Part shown: positions 9,724 through 20,775 of the stretch, piece after piece
How the letters are laid out: each line of letters begins with the position of its first letter
How positions within the stretch are numbered: position 1 is the stretch's first letter
Assembly: GCA_047637995.1 (NCBI GenBank)
Contig: JBLJBP010000055.1
Location: forward strand, 8,235-72,234
Length of the DNA stretch: 64,000 nucleotides
Reading direction: 5' to 3'
From: Kaistella sp.
GTDB taxonomy: Bacteria > Bacteroidota > Bacteroidia > Flavobacteriales > Weeksellaceae
Made by a program: the position numbers and the translations under genes
Notes under the pieces: model-generated
What the model saw: only the letters and a program-made list of their open reading frames with translations
The model's database searches: none
What the model was told of the DNA's origin: nothing

Positions 9724-9952
9724 AATTAAATTTTTAAAAGGTTAAAAAAAAGTTTTGTGATTTTATTAGGTTAAAATTAAACAATTTTTAAATAACTCAG
9801 CAAATTATTTTTAATAAAAAAAATAACTATACGTTTCTTTATGAAATCAATTACATTTTTAGATTTAATGATACTATTGAGAAATTAGATCAATAAAAAA
9901 AAGCAATTCCCAAATACTGGAAATTGCCCAAAGAAAAAATATCTTATCAATG

Positions 9953-10615
9953 CTATTCAAATATATAGCTGATTCCAACGCTTAATACTTGCTCAGATTT
10001 CTTTTTGCTGATGTTAGGATCAGAGCCGTTTTCGTGCATTAGGTTTTTGTAGGTATTGCTTAAACCAAAATCATAGCGTGCCACGATTTCCATCTGACGT
10101 TTGTAGGAGAAGCCTATGCCAACGCCAAGGGCAAAATTAAAACTTGCTGCTTTTCCATTGACACCCGTAGCTGGATCTCCTTCTACAGTATATTTTTGCG
10201 GAGCATCTGTTATGTTCTGGCTAATAAGAAAATTAAATTTCGGACCAGCTAAAGCAAAAAATTCAGTTTCTGCTTCAGAGAAATACCCTTTAAAATAAAC
10301 CGGTACACTGATGTAGTTATTTGCATACTTCGCATCATATCCGGGAAAACCTTTTGCATTTTTATCTTTTCCGCTTTCTCCTGCTTGTAGGTATTCTACT
10401 TCTGGCTGAATGTAGAACTGATCATTACTGTCCACAGGAATCAATGCAATCAGGCCGCCATAAAACCCATAAAGAGGGCCAGAAGGATTGTGTGCATTGC
10501 TAACTCTGGAATAGGTGCCGCCCGCGGTGAGGCCATAGCGTGTGCTTCTAAAATCTATTTGAGCTGATAGTAGTGAAGCCAGGCACAAAGTTGCGCAGAT
10601 AAATAGTTTATTCAT
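9953..10615 (-). CDS. Outer-membrane beta-barrel (porin-family/OmpA-beta-barrel-like) protein
   Basis: Signal peptide MNKLFICATLCLASLLSAQ, alternating beta-strand pattern, terminal LSVGISYIFE with a C-terminal aromatic residue. Confidence 0.7.
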   Translation of the reverse strand: MNKLFICATLCLASLLSAQIDFRSTRYGLTAGGTYSRVSNAHNPSGPLYGFYGGLIALIPVDSNDQFYIQPEVEYLQAGESGKDKNAKGFPGYDAKYANNYISVPVYFKGYFSEAETEFFALAGPKFNFLISQNITDAPQKYTVEGDPATGVNGKAASFNFALGVGIGFSYKRQMEIVARYDFGLSNTYKNLMHENGSDPNISKKKSEQVLSVGISYIFE

Positions 10616-10713
10616 ATTGTGTTTTTTAATTTTTTAAAGTTGTGCTGATGAACAAAGATAGCAAAATTCAAAAATGTTTAATTAGTGAATTGATAAAAAT
10701 AGCAACATAAAAG

Positions 10714-10748
10714 TGTTTAAATAAAAACGCTCCTTTTCAGAAGCGTTT
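10714..10748 (-). terminator. Rho-independent terminator of sucD
   Basis: On the minus strand: aaacgct-N10-agcgttt (perfect 7 bp) running into tttttattt. Confidence 0.55.
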
Positions 10749-10826
10749 CCATTATTTATAAATTTTCAGATGTGTTGGCGCTGTACACGCTAAGTGTGAA
10801 ATACCATTTCAAAATGAAAATTGTTT

Positions 10827-11699
10827 TTATCCTAATATTTTCGCTACTGTACTACCGATATCAGCAGGAGAATCTACTACGGTAATTCCATTTTCGCGCA
10901 TGATGGCCATTTTTGCTTGTGCGGTATCTTCTGCACCTCCTACGATAGCTCCGGCATGTCCCATAGTTCTTCCTTTAGGAGCAGTTTGTCCAGCGATGAA
11001 ACCCACAACAGGTTTTTTAGAACCGCTTTCTTTGTACCATCTTGCAGCTTCAGCTTCTAATGAGCCACCGATCTCACCAATCATTACCACCGCCTCAGTT
11101 TCAGGATCATTGATGAAAAGTTCCAAAGCTTCCTTAGTGGTAGTCCCGATGATTGGGTCTCCACCGATACCGATAGCAGTAGAAACGCCGTAACCTGCTC
11201 TCACTACCTGATCTGCAGCTTCATAGGTTAATGTACCAGATTTAGAAACAATACCTACTTTTCCTTTTTTGAAAACAAAACCTGGCATAATCCCTATTTT
11301 TGCTTCATCAGAAGTGATGATTCCTGGGCAGTTAGGCCCGATGAGGCGACAATCTCTTTCAGCAATATAAGCTTTCACTTTCACCATATCTTCTACAGGA
11401 ATACCTTCAGTGATGCACACGATTACTTTGATGCCCGCGTCTGCAGCTTCCATGATAGCATCTGCAGCGAATGCAGGAGGTACGAAAATAATGGATACAT
11501 TGGCACCGGCTTTTTCCACAGCGTCAGCTACGGTATTGAAGACCGGTTTTCCAAGGTGCTCAGAGCCACCTTTTCCTGGAGTAACACCTCCTACTACGTT
11601 AGTGCCGTAGTCTATCATTTGTCCGGCATGGAAAGTTCCTTCATTTCCGGTAAATCCTTGAACGATTACTTTAGAATCTTTGTTTACTAATACTGACAT
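10827..11699 (-). CDS. sucD: Succinate--CoA ligase (ADP-forming) subunit alpha
   Basis: [20 protein letters not shown], and GHAGAI containing the phosphohistidine. Confidence 0.95.
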   Translation of the reverse strand: MSVLVNKDSKVIVQGFTGNEGTFHAGQMIDYGTNVVGGVTPGKGGSEHLGKPVFNTVADAVEKAGANVSIIFVPPAFAADAIMEAADAGIKVIVCITEGIPVEDMVKVKAYIAERDCRLIGPNCPGIITSDEAKIGIMPGFVFKKGKVGIVSKSGTLTYEAADQVVRAGYGVSTAIGIGGDPIIGTTTKEALELFINDPETEAVVMIGEIGGSLEAEAARWYKESGSKKPVVGFIAGQTAPKGRTMGHAGAIVGGAEDTAQAKMAIMRENGITVVDSPADIGSTVAKILG

Positions 11700-11739
11700 T
11701 GTATGTATAAAATTTGTTTATATTCTGTAAGAAGTTTTG

Positions 11740-11747
11740 CAAATTTA
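11740..11747 (-). promoter_or_regulatory. -7 promoter box candidate (TAAATTTG) for sucD
   Basis: Matches TAnnTTTG about 40 nt upstream of the ATG. The nearest upstream TTG is at non-ideal spacing (15 nt). Confidence 0.3.
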
Positions 11748-12018
11748 GTGAAAATTCAGGGGCAAAAAAAAGTTTTTGCATTGGCAAAAAGACATTTATC
11801 AAATAAAGTGCAATTTAAGGAAGTTCCATTTTAGCCCTATCTGAAAAATAGTCTTCTAAATGGATAAAAAAATCTCTCCATCTGACCTGAATCTTATGTG
11901 AAGATTTGGGCATTTTTCTTTCATTTACCCTTGGAAAAAAAGCGCTTTATTTTATTTTATTTTCAATATTTCCTATCCCGCCAATCTTCGTCGAACTTCG
12001 CAGTTCAGACTCCAGGCT

Positions 12019-12921
12019 CTACTTCAAATTTTTCAGTTTCACTTCTTTCCTTAGGTACTGTTTAAATTCTTCTGCAATAGGGCCGAAATACGTTCCTTTT
12101 TTCAAGTCGCGGTTTACGCCACATTTTGCAAGAAGCACCGTGCCAGATTCTATGCGAACTCCAGATGCCATGCCTACTTGTCCCCAGATGGTGACCTGGT
12201 CTTCAATCACACAGCAGCCTGCAATACCGGTTTGGGAAGCAATTAAAACTTTTTTCCCAATAATAGTATCATGCCCAATCTGTATCTGATTATCCAAAAC
12301 CGAACCTTCACCGATGATGGTAGAGGCAGTAACACCTCTGTCTATGGTGCAGCCATTTCCTATTTCCACATTATTCTCTATCACCACATTTCCCACTGAA
12401 ATCAGCCGATCAAAATTTCCATTGAGTTTTCTGTAGTAAAAAGCATCGCCCCCCAAAACGGTATTGGCCTGAATGATCACGTTGTCTCCTATCACAGTGC
12501 GGTCTCCCACAACTACATTTGGAAATATGATGCAATTTTCCCCTATCTGCACGTCATTGCCAATAACTGCTGAAGGATGAATGTGCGTTCCTGCTCCTAC
12601 TTGCAAATCGTGGAGTTCTTCAGCGAAATTATAAATTTTTGTAAAATGCGTATTGATTTTATTAAAATCACGAAAAGGATCCTCAGAAACCAAAAGCGCT
12701 TTTCCTTCTGGGCACGCCACTTCTTTGTCTATCAAGATAATGGTTGCTGCTGAGTTCAGCGCTTTGTCATAATATTTTGGATGGTTCACAAAAACTATTT
12801 CACCGGGCTGCACCATGTGGATTTCATTGGTACCAAGAACCGGGAAATTCTCATCACCAATACTTTTTGCACCGATGATTTCTGCAATTGCTTTTAGTGT
12901 TTGTGGTTTATTGAATGTCAT
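12019..12921 (-). CDS. lpxD: UDP-3-O-acylglucosamine N-acyltransferase, second paralog
   Basis: ORF 12019..12951 starts at TTG, so the ATG at 12921 ([19 protein letters not shown]) is preferred. LpxD-type N-terminal domain followed by left-handed hexapeptide repeats. Confidence 0.8.
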   Translation of the reverse strand: MTFNKPQTLKAIAEIIGAKSIGDENFPVLGTNEIHMVQPGEIVFVNHPKYYDKALNSAATIILIDKEVACPEGKALLVSEDPFRDFNKINTHFTKIYNFAEELHDLQVGAGTHIHPSAVIGNDVQIGENCIIFPNVVVGDRTVIGDNVIIQANTVLGGDAFYYRKLNGNFDRLISVGNVVIENNVEIGNGCTIDRGVTASTIIGEGSVLDNQIQIGHDTIIGKKVLIASQTGIAGCCVIEDQVTIWGQVGMASGVRIESGTVLLAKCGVNRDLKKGTYFGPIAEEFKQYLRKEVKLKNLK

Positions 12922-13025
12922 TTGTACTGCTTTAAAAAGTGAAAATCTCAAATATCAAGTTGAAAAAGTTTTACTTGAGATTTGAGATTTATAATATTAG
13001 AAATCGTTTAGAAAATGAGTCAGAA

Positions 13026-13589
13026 TTATTTTACTCTTTCAAGATAAGACCCATCTTCAGTGTTTACTTTAATCTTGTCACCTGCTTCTATAAAAAGCGG
13101 AACCATCACTCTTGCTCCAGTTTCTACGATGGCATTTTTCAGTGCATTGGTTGCGGTATTTCCTTTCACACCTGGATCTGCTTCTATCACATCTAAATAC
13201 ACTGTTGGCGGAATTTCTGCTGCCAATGGGCTTTCATCTGCTTCTTTCAAAATGATAGTCACCTCTTCTCCGGCTTTCATAAACTGTGCATTTTCTATCA
13301 TTTCCTTGTTCAGGTAGATCTGTGAAAAATCATCATTATTCATAAAATGGAATCCGTTTTCATCGTCATAGAGGTATTGAAACTTTCTGGTGATTACTTT
13401 CACTTCATCTATTTTATGTCCCGCAGAGAAGGTATTTTCTAACACTTTACCATTGGTCACAGATTTCATTTTTGTTCTCACAAACGCAGGTCCTTTTCCT
13501 GGTTTCACGTGTAAGAACTCTATGATTTTAAAGATGTCATTGCTAAATTCTATGCAGAGTCCTTTTTTAATATCGTTACTTGTTGCCAT
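13026..13589 (-). CDS. efp: Elongation factor P
   Basis: MATSNDIKKG...KPGKGPAFVRTKMKS. Length 187 aa. Confidence 0.95.
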   Translation of the reverse strand: MATSNDIKKGLCIEFSNDIFKIIEFLHVKPGKGPAFVRTKMKSVTNGKVLENTFSAGHKIDEVKVITRKFQYLYDDENGFHFMNNDDFSQIYLNKEMIENAQFMKAGEEVTIILKEADESPLAAEIPPTVYLDVIEADPGVKGNTATNALKNAIVETGARVMVPLFIEAGDKIKVNTEDGSYLERVK

Positions 13590-13650
13590 TTATTTTTATT
13601 GAGTTTATTTTCTTTATTGTTTTTAATATTTTGTTTTTTGATGAGGGTTT

Positions 13651-14439
13651 TTATTCTTTCCCAGTGCCATACCCTTTCACAATACCTCTAGGAGAATTTT
13701 TAATGAACTCTAAAATTTCATCTCGTTCTGCGGTTGGCAGCATTTCTTTTTCAATATAATTAGAAGCTTGTGAAACGTTCATTTTCATTTGAAAAATAGC
13801 GCGGTATATTTTCTGGATTTCAAAAATTTTGTCATTGGTAAAGCCTCGTCTTCTTAAACCCACAGAGTTGATGCCTGCATAAGTCATTGGCTCTCTTGCT
13901 ACCTTCACATAAGGCGGAATATCTTTTCTTACTAATGTTCCACCGGAAATCATTACATGTTTACCGATTTTTCCAAACTGATGCACAGCAGAGAGGCCGC
14001 CCATCACGGTATAGTCACCAATTTCTACATGTCCTGCGATGCCACAACCATTAACGATGATGACGTGATTTCCCAAAACACAATCGTGGGCGATATGTGA
14101 AGTTGCCATTATCAGGCAGTCTTTTCCTATTTTGGTATATCCTAACGCTTTTGTCCCACGGTTTACGGTGACACATTCTCTGATGGTAGTGCCATCACCG
14201 ATGATCACTTTGGTATCTTCTCCATCAAATTTCAAATCTTGGGGAATTGCAGAAATCACTGTACCCGGAAAGATGCGGCAGTTTTTCCCGATTCTTGCTC
14301 CATCCATAATGGTGACATTAGAGCCAATCCAGGTGCCTTCACCTATTTCCACATCACCAGCAATTGTGGTGAAGGGTTCTACAATCACATTTTTACTGAT
14401 CTTTGCACGTTTATCTACGGCTGCGAGTTGATGTATCAT
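13651..14439 (-). CDS. lpxA: Acyl-ACP--UDP-N-acetylglucosamine O-acyltransferase
   Basis: Hexapeptide-repeat N-terminal domain plus helical C-terminal domain. The start overlaps the lpxC-fabZ stop (TAATG). Confidence 0.9.
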   Translation of the reverse strand: MIHQLAAVDKRAKISKNVIVEPFTTIAGDVEIGEGTWIGSNVTIMDGARIGKNCRIFPGTVISAIPQDLKFDGEDTKVIIGDGTTIRECVTVNRGTKALGYTKIGKDCLIMATSHIAHDCVLGNHVIIVNGCGIAGHVEIGDYTVMGGLSAVHQFGKIGKHVMISGGTLVRKDIPPYVKVAREPMTYAGINSVGLRRRGFTNDKIFEIQKIYRAIFQMKMNVSQASNYIEKEMLPTAERDEILEFIKNSPRGIVKGYGTGKE

Positions 14440-15836
14440 TAGTCTGGCTTATTTTTAGCAACCTGAGCCATTAGTTCAGCTTCTACCACTACACTATCAC
14501 CTACATAACCAAAGCCTTGCATGTGCACAATACCACGTCTGATAGGTGTGATAAGTTCTATTTTGAAAACCATAGTATCACCTGGAACTACTTTTTTCTT
14601 AAACTTCACTTTATCCATTTTAATGAAATAGGTAGAATAATTTTCAGGATCTGGCACTGAAGCCAGCACTAAAATTCCACCGGTTTGTGCCAAAGCTTCT
14701 ACTTGCAAAACGCCTGGCATCACTGGTTCTTTGGGGAAATGCCCTACAAAGAACGGCTCATTCATGGTGACATTTTTCAAACCTACTACATGAGAATCTG
14801 ATAATTCTAATATTTTATCGATGAGCAAGAAAGGAGGTCTGTGCGGCATGAGTTTCATTATGCCATTAATATCAAAAACCGGTTCTTTATTGATGTCGAT
14901 GTCAGGAACATTTTTCTTTTTCTGAAGTTTCCACTGCCTATTTAGTTTTTTTGCAAATTGGGTATTCACAAAATGTCCGGGTTTATTGGCAATTACTTTT
15001 CCCTTAATTTTCACACCGGTTAATGCCAAATCTCCGATGACATCTAGTAATTTATGTCTGGCAGCTTCATTGGGAAAGTTCAGCGTGAGATTGTCTAAAA
15101 TACCATTAGGGCGAATGGCTACATTTTCTTTACCAAAAGCTTTTTTCAGTTTTTCTGCTGTTTCTGGTGTCAGTTCTTTATCTACATAAACAATGGCATT
15201 AGAAATATCGCCACCTTTGATGAGGCCTGCATCTAAAAGCATTTCTAATTCATGCAGGAAGCTAAAAGTTCTGGCAGATGCTATTTCTTCTTTAAACTCA
15301 GAAATATCTCTTAGGGTAGCGTTTTGGGTTCCCAGCACTTTGGTGCCGAAATCTACCATGGTGGTTACTTCATAGGTATCAGAAGGGATGATGGTGATTT
15401 CAGAGCCTGTGGCAGGATCTACATAGTTGAGGACTTCTTTCACCACAAGGTATTCTCTTGCAGCGTTTTGTTCTACCACACCTACACTTTCTATGGCTTC
15501 TACAAAAAACCATGAAGAACCATCTAAAATTGGTGGTTCGGCGCTGTTCATTTCTAAGAATGCATTATCTACATCACAACCTACCAATGCGGCAAGTAAA
15601 TGCTCGCAGGTGTGTATTCTCACGCCAAGTTTTTCTAATGTGGTTCCACGTTCGGTGGTGGTTACATAATTGACATCGGCTTCCACCTGAGGATGTCCTT
15701 CCAGGTCTGTTCTCACGAAAACAAAACCTGTATTTTCTTTAGCTGGTTTGATGGTTAGCACCACTTCTCGGCCCGTATGAAGCCCTATTCCTGAAAGAGT
15801 AACTTCTTCCTTCAGTGTTTTTTGCTTATCACTCAT
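14439..15836 (-). CDS. lpxC: Bifunctional UDP-3-O-acyl-GlcNAc deacetylase / 3-hydroxyacyl-ACP dehydratase (LpxC-FabZ fusion)
   Basis: The N-terminal half carries LpxC motifs ([17 protein letters not shown]). The C-terminal half is a FabZ hotdog fold ([15 protein letters not shown]). Confidence 0.95.
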   Translation of the reverse strand: MSDKQKTLKEEVTLSGIGLHTGREVVLTIKPAKENTGFVFVRTDLEGHPQVEADVNYVTTTERGTTLEKLGVRIHTCEHLLAALVGCDVDNAFLEMNSAEPPILDGSSWFFVEAIESVGVVEQNAAREYLVVKEVLNYVDPATGSEITIIPSDTYEVTTMVDFGTKVLGTQNATLRDISEFKEEIASARTFSFLHELEMLLDAGLIKGGDISNAIVYVDKELTPETAEKLKKAFGKENVAIRPNGILDNLTLNFPNEAARHKLLDVIGDLALTGVKIKGKVIANKPGHFVNTQFAKKLNRQWKLQKKKNVPDIDINKEPVFDINGIMKLMPHRPPFLLIDKILELSDSHVVGLKNVTMNEPFFVGHFPKEPVMPGVLQVEALAQTGGILVLASVPDPENYSTYFIKMDKVKFKKKVVPGDTMVFKIELITPIRRGIVHMQGFGYVGDSVVVEAELMAQVAKNKPD

Positions 15837-16860
15837 TATTTTTGTCCTTAGTACCGTGTTCTAAATTACTTAGCCTTTTCACGATTTCTGTAAAATTTCT
15901 GAAATGCACATAGTTTCTTCGGTATTCTCCAGCGTTGATTGCGGGAGAACCGTATAATATTTCACCATCAGTAGCGCTGGAGTTCACCCCACTTTGCGCT
16001 TGTATTTTTACTTGATTTCCTATTTTAATGTGACCTACAATACCTACTTGCCCACCTATCTGGTTCCAATCACCAATCACAGTAGAGCCTGCAATACCCG
16101 CTTGTGCTGCGATCACATTATTCTCACCAATTTTCACATTGTGTGCAATCTGGATGAGATTATCTATTTTAGAACCTTTACCAATGATGGTAGAGCCGAT
16201 AGTTCCACGGTCTATACTACAGTTAGAGCCTATTTCTACATGGTCTCCTAAAACCACATTTCCTAATTGCGGGATCTTTTGGTAACCATCTTTTGTCACC
16301 TGAAAGCCAAAACCATCTGAACCGATCACGGTATTGGAATGAATAATACAATTGTCGCCAATTACGCAAAAATCATAAATTCTCACTCCACTATAAATCA
16401 CACAGTTTTTACCGATTTTCACATTTTTACCGATATATACATGAGGATATATCTGGGAACCATCACCAATTTTCACTTTTTCTGAAACACAAGTGAAAGC
16501 GCCAACATACACATTTTCACCCACTTTAGAAGTTTCATGAAAAACTGCACCTTGTTCTATGCCGCTTTTTTTGGCCTGCATTTCATTGTACAAGTTCATT
16601 AAAATTTGAAAAGAAAGATAGGCATCTTTCACTGCGATAATGGTTTTATCGTACTTTTCTGAAGTGAGTAAATCTTCTGAAACTATCAGTACGGAGCATT
16701 TGCTGGAACTGATATACGGGGCAAAACGTTCTTGCGCCACAAAAGACAAATGTCCTGCCTCACCGCTCTCAATAGGTGAAACACCCGTGATAGCAGCATT
16801 TTGGTCGCCGATTATTTTTCCGTCAATAAAACTCGCTATCTGAGAGGCTGTAAATTCCAT
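15829..16860 (-). CDS. lpxD: UDP-3-O-acylglucosamine N-acyltransferase
   Basis: ORF 15829..16869 starts at TTG, so the ATG at 16860 ([15 protein letters not shown]) is preferred. Long hexapeptide-repeat region. Overlaps lpxC-fabZ by 8 nt. Confidence 0.9.
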   Translation of the reverse strand: MEFTASQIASFIDGKIIGDQNAAITGVSPIESGEAGHLSFVAQERFAPYISSSKCSVLIVSEDLLTSEKYDKTIIAVKDAYLSFQILMNLYNEMQAKKSGIEQGAVFHETSKVGENVYVGAFTCVSEKVKIGDGSQIYPHVYIGKNVKIGKNCVIYSGVRIYDFCVIGDNCIIHSNTVIGSDGFGFQVTKDGYQKIPQLGNVVLGDHVEIGSNCSIDRGTIGSTIIGKGSKIDNLIQIAHNVKIGENNVIAAQAGIAGSTVIGDWNQIGGQVGIVGHIKIGNQVKIQAQSGVNSSATDGEILYGSPAINAGEYRRNYVHFRNFTEIVKRLSNLEHGTKDKNNE

Positions 16861-16916
16861 ATCGTGCAAAGATAAGAATTTCCGAAATATTGCAATTTTT
16901 TACAATAAAAAAAGAT

Positions 16917-18128
16917 TTAGATTTCTCTGGGACTAATTAAAATATACTTGGTATTGCGCTCTGTGATGCAGGCAGAGAGTATCTGATTTTCAGATTTTTC
17001 TAAAGCAACCTTTTCATTATTCTTATGCAAAAGCACAATGGGCTGTTGATGATGATTGTAGGGAAGCAAGCTTCTGGAAATCTCTTCTACTAATTCTTCG
17101 CCATTGCTAATTCTAAAATACGCATTGGTTTTAGCGATTTTTTCCTGAACAAAATCTAGTGAAAATGGTTTTGAAGAAATAATGGTTTTTGGCAGATTTC
17201 TTTCTACCACAGATTTGCACAAATAAGAAAGCAAGAAATCTTCGTTTTTAGCCCAAGTTTTCATGGCTTGCATAAAATCATTATCATCTAATTCTGTAAA
17301 CCTCAGCACATCTTCATCTGTAGCATTCTGAAAATGATTTTTTTTCAGGAAATATTGCAGGTTTTCTGAGGCGCGCAACTGATGTCCTTCACTGCTCAAA
17401 GTTTTTGCACGTTGCAGAATTTTCACCAAAAGATTCTCAGAGAGCACAGCGGTTTTGTGGTAATAAACTTGCCAATACATAAACATTCTAGCGGTGAGAA
17501 AATTTTCAATAGAATAGATCCCTTTTGCATCTACCACTAACTCATCATCACAAACATTCATCATGGAAATAATTCTTTGCGTGTTGATATTTCCCTCTGA
17601 AACCCCGGTATAGAAACTATCTCTTTTTAAATAATCTAATCGATCTACATCTAACTGTGAAGAAATCAACTGATTAAAAAACTTTCTATGGTATTTTCCT
17701 TGAAACATCTCAATAGCTGTTGTTAGCTCACCATTAAACTGAGCATTCATCTGTTGCATAAAGAGCAAAGAAAGTTTCTCATGATGCCAATCGTCCATCA
17801 GCATGTTTTCTAATGCATGGGAAAAAGGCCCATGTCCTACATCATGCAACAAAATAGCGAGCATAGCAGATTTTTCTTCTTCTTTACTTATTTCTACTCC
17901 TTTTGTTTTTAATGTTTCTAATGCGGTAAGCATCAGATGCATCGCACCTAAAGCATGATGAAAGCGGGTATGTGTGGCGCCAGGGAAAACTAAATTTAGC
18001 AAACCGGTTTGAGAAATCCTGCGCAATCTTTGGAAATAAGGATGCTCTATGACATCATAAATTATTTCAGACGGAATCTTTATAAACCCGTGAACGGGAT
18101 CGTTGATTATTTTTAGTTTGTTGGTCAT
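16917..18128 (-). CDS. HD-domain phosphohydrolase (SAMHD1/dNTPase-like family)
   Basis: THTRFHHALGAMHL, LHDVGHGPFSH, DVDRLDYLKRDS. Confidence 0.8.
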   Translation of the reverse strand: MTNKLKIINDPVHGFIKIPSEIIYDVIEHPYFQRLRRISQTGLLNLVFPGATHTRFHHALGAMHLMLTALETLKTKGVEISKEEEKSAMLAILLHDVGHGPFSHALENMLMDDWHHEKLSLLFMQQMNAQFNGELTTAIEMFQGKYHRKFFNQLISSQLDVDRLDYLKRDSFYTGVSEGNINTQRIISMMNVCDDELVVDAKGIYSIENFLTARMFMYWQVYYHKTAVLSENLLVKILQRAKTLSSEGHQLRASENLQYFLKKNHFQNATDEDVLRFTELDDNDFMQAMKTWAKNEDFLLSYLCKSVVERNLPKTIISSKPFSLDFVQEKIAKTNAYFRISNGEELVEEISRSLLPYNHHQQPIVLLHKNNEKVALEKSENQILSACITERNTKYILISPREI

Positions 18129-18145
18129 AAGCTTAAATCCAGCTA

Positions 18146-18153
18146 CAAAAATA
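18146..18153 (-). promoter_or_regulatory. -7 promoter box candidate (TATTTTTG) for the HD/lpx operon
   Basis: Matches TAnnTTTG 17 nt upstream of the ATG at 18128. Confidence 0.3.
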
Positions 18154-18296
18154 CTTATAAATAGACAAAATGAGCGAAAACAAGTAGTGCATTATTTGAA
18201 GTTTGAATGCAAACAAAACCAGCGAACACCGATGTATTAACTGAAAATTAACTAATCAGCGTTTAGTTCTTGGCAAAAGTTAAGAAACATTGGTTG

Positions 18297-18304
18297 TATT
18301 TTTG
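18297..18304 (+). promoter_or_regulatory. -7 promoter box candidate (TATTTTTG) for porX
   Basis: Matches TAnnTTTG 36 nt upstream of the ATG at 18341. Confidence 0.3.
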
Positions 18305-18340
18305 CTGCAATAGTGAACAGAAAAATTACACCTTATATAT

Positions 18341-19882
18341 ATGACAAAATTAATATGGATAGATGATGAAGTAGATTTGCTGAAACCGCACATCGTATTT
18401 CTGGAAAATAAAGGCTATGAAGTAGATCCGGTGAACAACGTCAATGAAGCGCTGGAAATGATAGAAAAAGAAAAATATTCTTTGGCTTTATTAGATGAAA
18501 ATATGCCCGGAATCTCTGGCTTAGAAGCCATTCCTATGATTAAAAACATAGATTCTGCAATAAAAATAATCATGGTCACCAAAAATGAAGAAGAGCAGAT
18601 TATGGAGCAAGCCATCGGGTCACAAATTGCAGACTACATCCTGAAACCCGTGAACCCCAACCAGGTTTTGCTTTCTCTGAAAAAAAATCTACAAGAAGAA
18701 ACCTTGGTAGAGCAAAAAACCATTTTAGAATATCAGCAAGAATTTAGAAATCTTTCTTTAGAACTTTCTTACCTGAAAACCTACCAAGACTGGGCAGAAT
18801 ATTACAAGAAAATCTTGAACTGGGAAATAAAATTCGACAAAGTTTTTGATAATGAATTTGCAGATCTTTTGCAATCTCAGAAAGAAGAAGCCAATATTCA
18901 GTTTTCTAAATTCATAGAGAAAAACTATGAAGACTGGTTGCATTCTAATGACAAACCGATGATGAGTCATACCCTTTTCAAAGACAAAGTGAAATCTGAG
19001 GTAGAAAAAGAGAAAGTCCTGCTACTGATGATAGACAATTTGCGCTACGATCAATGGAAAGTAATAGAGCCACTCTTCACAAAATTCTATAGAAAGACCT
19101 CCGAAGATTACTATTTCAGCATTTTGCCTACCGCAACACAATACGCCAGAAACTCTTTCTTTGCTGGACTTTTGCCATCTGAAATTGAAAAAAGATTTCC
19201 ACAATATTGGTTTAATGACAATGAGGAAGGAAACAAAAATGAGTATGAACGCGATTTTCTTGAAGATCAAATGAAACGTCTTGGCCTTTCTTCGAAAAGC
19301 ATGAAATACCTGAAAATCTTAAATTCTGATTTTGAAAGGAAGATTTTAGATGATTTTAACCAGCACAAAAACAATGATCTTTTAGTGATTGTCTATAACT
19401 TCATCGATATTCTCTCGCATGCAAAAACAGACAATCATATTGTAGATCAATTGATTCGTGACGACAAAACCTTCAGATCTCTTACTTTTAATTGGTTTGA
19501 GAACTCATCATTATTAAAAATCATTAAACAAGCTGCTGAAAGCGGTTTTAAGTTGGTGATCACCACAGACCACGGCACAATTTACGTGAAAAAACCGAGC
19601 AAAGTGGTGGGAGACAGAGAAACATCTACCAACATCAGATATAAAACAGGCCGAAGCTTAACCTACGAAAACAGTGATGTTTGGGCGGTAACCAATCCTG
19701 AAAAGTTGTTTTTACCAAAAGGAAATCTTAGCTCAAAGTATATTTTTGCAAAAAACAATATCTTTTTGGCTTACCCGAAAAACTACAATCATTTTGTGAA
19801 TTATTATAAAGAAACCTACCAGCATGGTGGCATTTCCTTAGAAGAAATCATCATCCCGATTAGCATATTAGAACCCAAATAG
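18341..19882 (+). CDS. porX: PorX-type response regulator (CheY receiver + PglZ/alkaline-phosphatase-superfamily domain)
   Basis: N-terminal receiver (KLIWIDDE...LLDENMPGISG...KP). C-terminal PglZ-like domain (LLMIDNLRYDQW, TTDHGT). Length 513 aa. Confidence 0.8.
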   Translation: MTKLIWIDDEVDLLKPHIVFLENKGYEVDPVNNVNEALEMIEKEKYSLALLDENMPGISGLEAIPMIKNIDSAIKIIMVTKNEEEQIMEQAIGSQIADYILKPVNPNQVLLSLKKNLQEETLVEQKTILEYQQEFRNLSLELSYLKTYQDWAEYYKKILNWEIKFDKVFDNEFADLLQSQKEEANIQFSKFIEKNYEDWLHSNDKPMMSHTLFKDKVKSEVEKEKVLLLMIDNLRYDQWKVIEPLFTKFYRKTSEDYYFSILPTATQYARNSFFAGLLPSEIEKRFPQYWFNDNEEGNKNEYERDFLEDQMKRLGLSSKSMKYLKILNSDFERKILDDFNQHKNNDLLVIVYNFIDILSHAKTDNHIVDQLIRDDKTFRSLTFNWFENSSLLKIIKQAAESGFKLVITTDHGTIYVKKPSKVVGDRETSTNIRYKTGRSLTYENSDVWAVTNPEKLFLPKGNLSSKYIFAKNNIFLAYPKNYNHFVNYYKETYQHGGISLEEIIIPISILEPK

Positions 19883-19915
19883 TTTTTTCATAGTTTATTT
19901 AATTTGGGTTCGGCG

Positions 19916-19951
19916 GCGGAAAAAATCAAATTGATTTTTTCCGCTTTTTTT
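19916..19951 (+). terminator. Rho-independent terminator of porX
   Basis: Perfect 13-bp stem gcggaaaaaatca/tgattttttccgc with a 3-nt loop, followed by T7. Confidence 0.85.
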
Positions 19952-19988
19952 ATAGTTGATTACAGTTGTATTGCAGTAGTTTTATTGA

Positions 19989-19996
19989 TACTTTTG
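19989..19996 (+). promoter_or_regulatory. Promoter candidate for xth (-7 box TACTTTTG; -33 TTG at 19966-19968)
   Basis: TAnnTTTG match with a TTG 20 nt upstream. The ATG lies 14 nt downstream. Confidence 0.45.
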
Positions 19997-20010
19997 GAAA
20001 AAATTAATCC

Positions 20011-20775
20011 ATGAAAATCATATCCTACAATGTCAACGGAATTAGAGCAGCATTTACAAAAGACTTTCTGGGCTGGCTAAAAAGTGCCAATCCTGATGTA
20101 ATTTGCATACAAGAAAGCAAAGCGGGAAATGACCAGATAGATATTGAAAGTTTAAAACAACTGGGCTACCACAGCTTTTGGCACAGTGCAGAAAAGAAAG
20201 GTTATTCTGGTGTAGGTATTGCTTCTAAAAAAGCACCACTGAATGTAGAATATGGTTGTGGTATAGAACACTATGACAATGAAGGAAGAATCATCAGAGC
20301 AGATTTTGAAGATTTCTCTATAATTTCTGTTTATGTGCCTTCTGCTTCTAATATTGACAGACTTCAGTTTAAATTAGATTTTTGCGAAGATTTTTTAGAA
20401 TATATTAAGAACCTAAAAAAGACTATTCCTAATTTAATAGTTTCAGGAGACTACAATATCTGTCATCAAGCCATAGACATTCACAATCCCGTTGGTTTAA
20501 AAAACACCTCAGGATTTTTACCAATTGAAAGAGAATGGTTCAGCAGATTCTTAGATGAATGTGATTTGTTAGATAGCTTTAGAGTCTTCAATCAAGAGCC
20601 AGAGCAGTATTCATGGTGGAGTTACAGACAAGGTGCCAGACAGAAAAACAAAGGTTGGCGTTTAGACTATCATTTGGTTTCCATGTCATTAGCAAAAAGA
20701 TTAGAGCGAGCTGCTATTTTGAAAGAGGCGTTTCACTCTGATCATTGCCCGGTACTGGTGGAGTTATTGCCTTAA
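20011..20775 (+). CDS. xth: Exodeoxyribonuclease III
   Basis: MKIISYNVNGIRA, QESK, SGDYNI, WSYR, and SDHCPV at the C-terminus. Confidence 0.9.
   Translation: MKIISYNVNGIRAAFTKDFLGWLKSANPDVICIQESKAGNDQIDIESLKQLGYHSFWHSAEKKGYSGVGIASKKAPLNVEYGCGIEHYDNEGRIIRADFEDFSIISVYVPSASNIDRLQFKLDFCEDFLEYIKNLKKTIPNLIVSGDYNICHQAIDIHNPVGLKNTSGFLPIEREWFSRFLDECDLLDSFRVFNQEPEQYSWWSYRQGARQKNKGWRLDYHLVSMSLAKRLERAAILKEAFHSDHCPVLVELLP

Noticed and set aside
11906-12289. 127-aa plus-strand ORF
   Set aside because: Most of it is antisense to the 3-prime end of the lpxD paralog. The remainder is low-complexity AT-rich spacer with no motif.
16917-18128. SAMHD1-like HD phosphohydrolase as an anti-phage dNTPase defense gene
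   Set aside because: It heads the housekeeping lipid A operon and overlaps no mobile or defense context. Nothing in the sequence distinguishes it from a core metabolic dNTPase or HD hydrolase.
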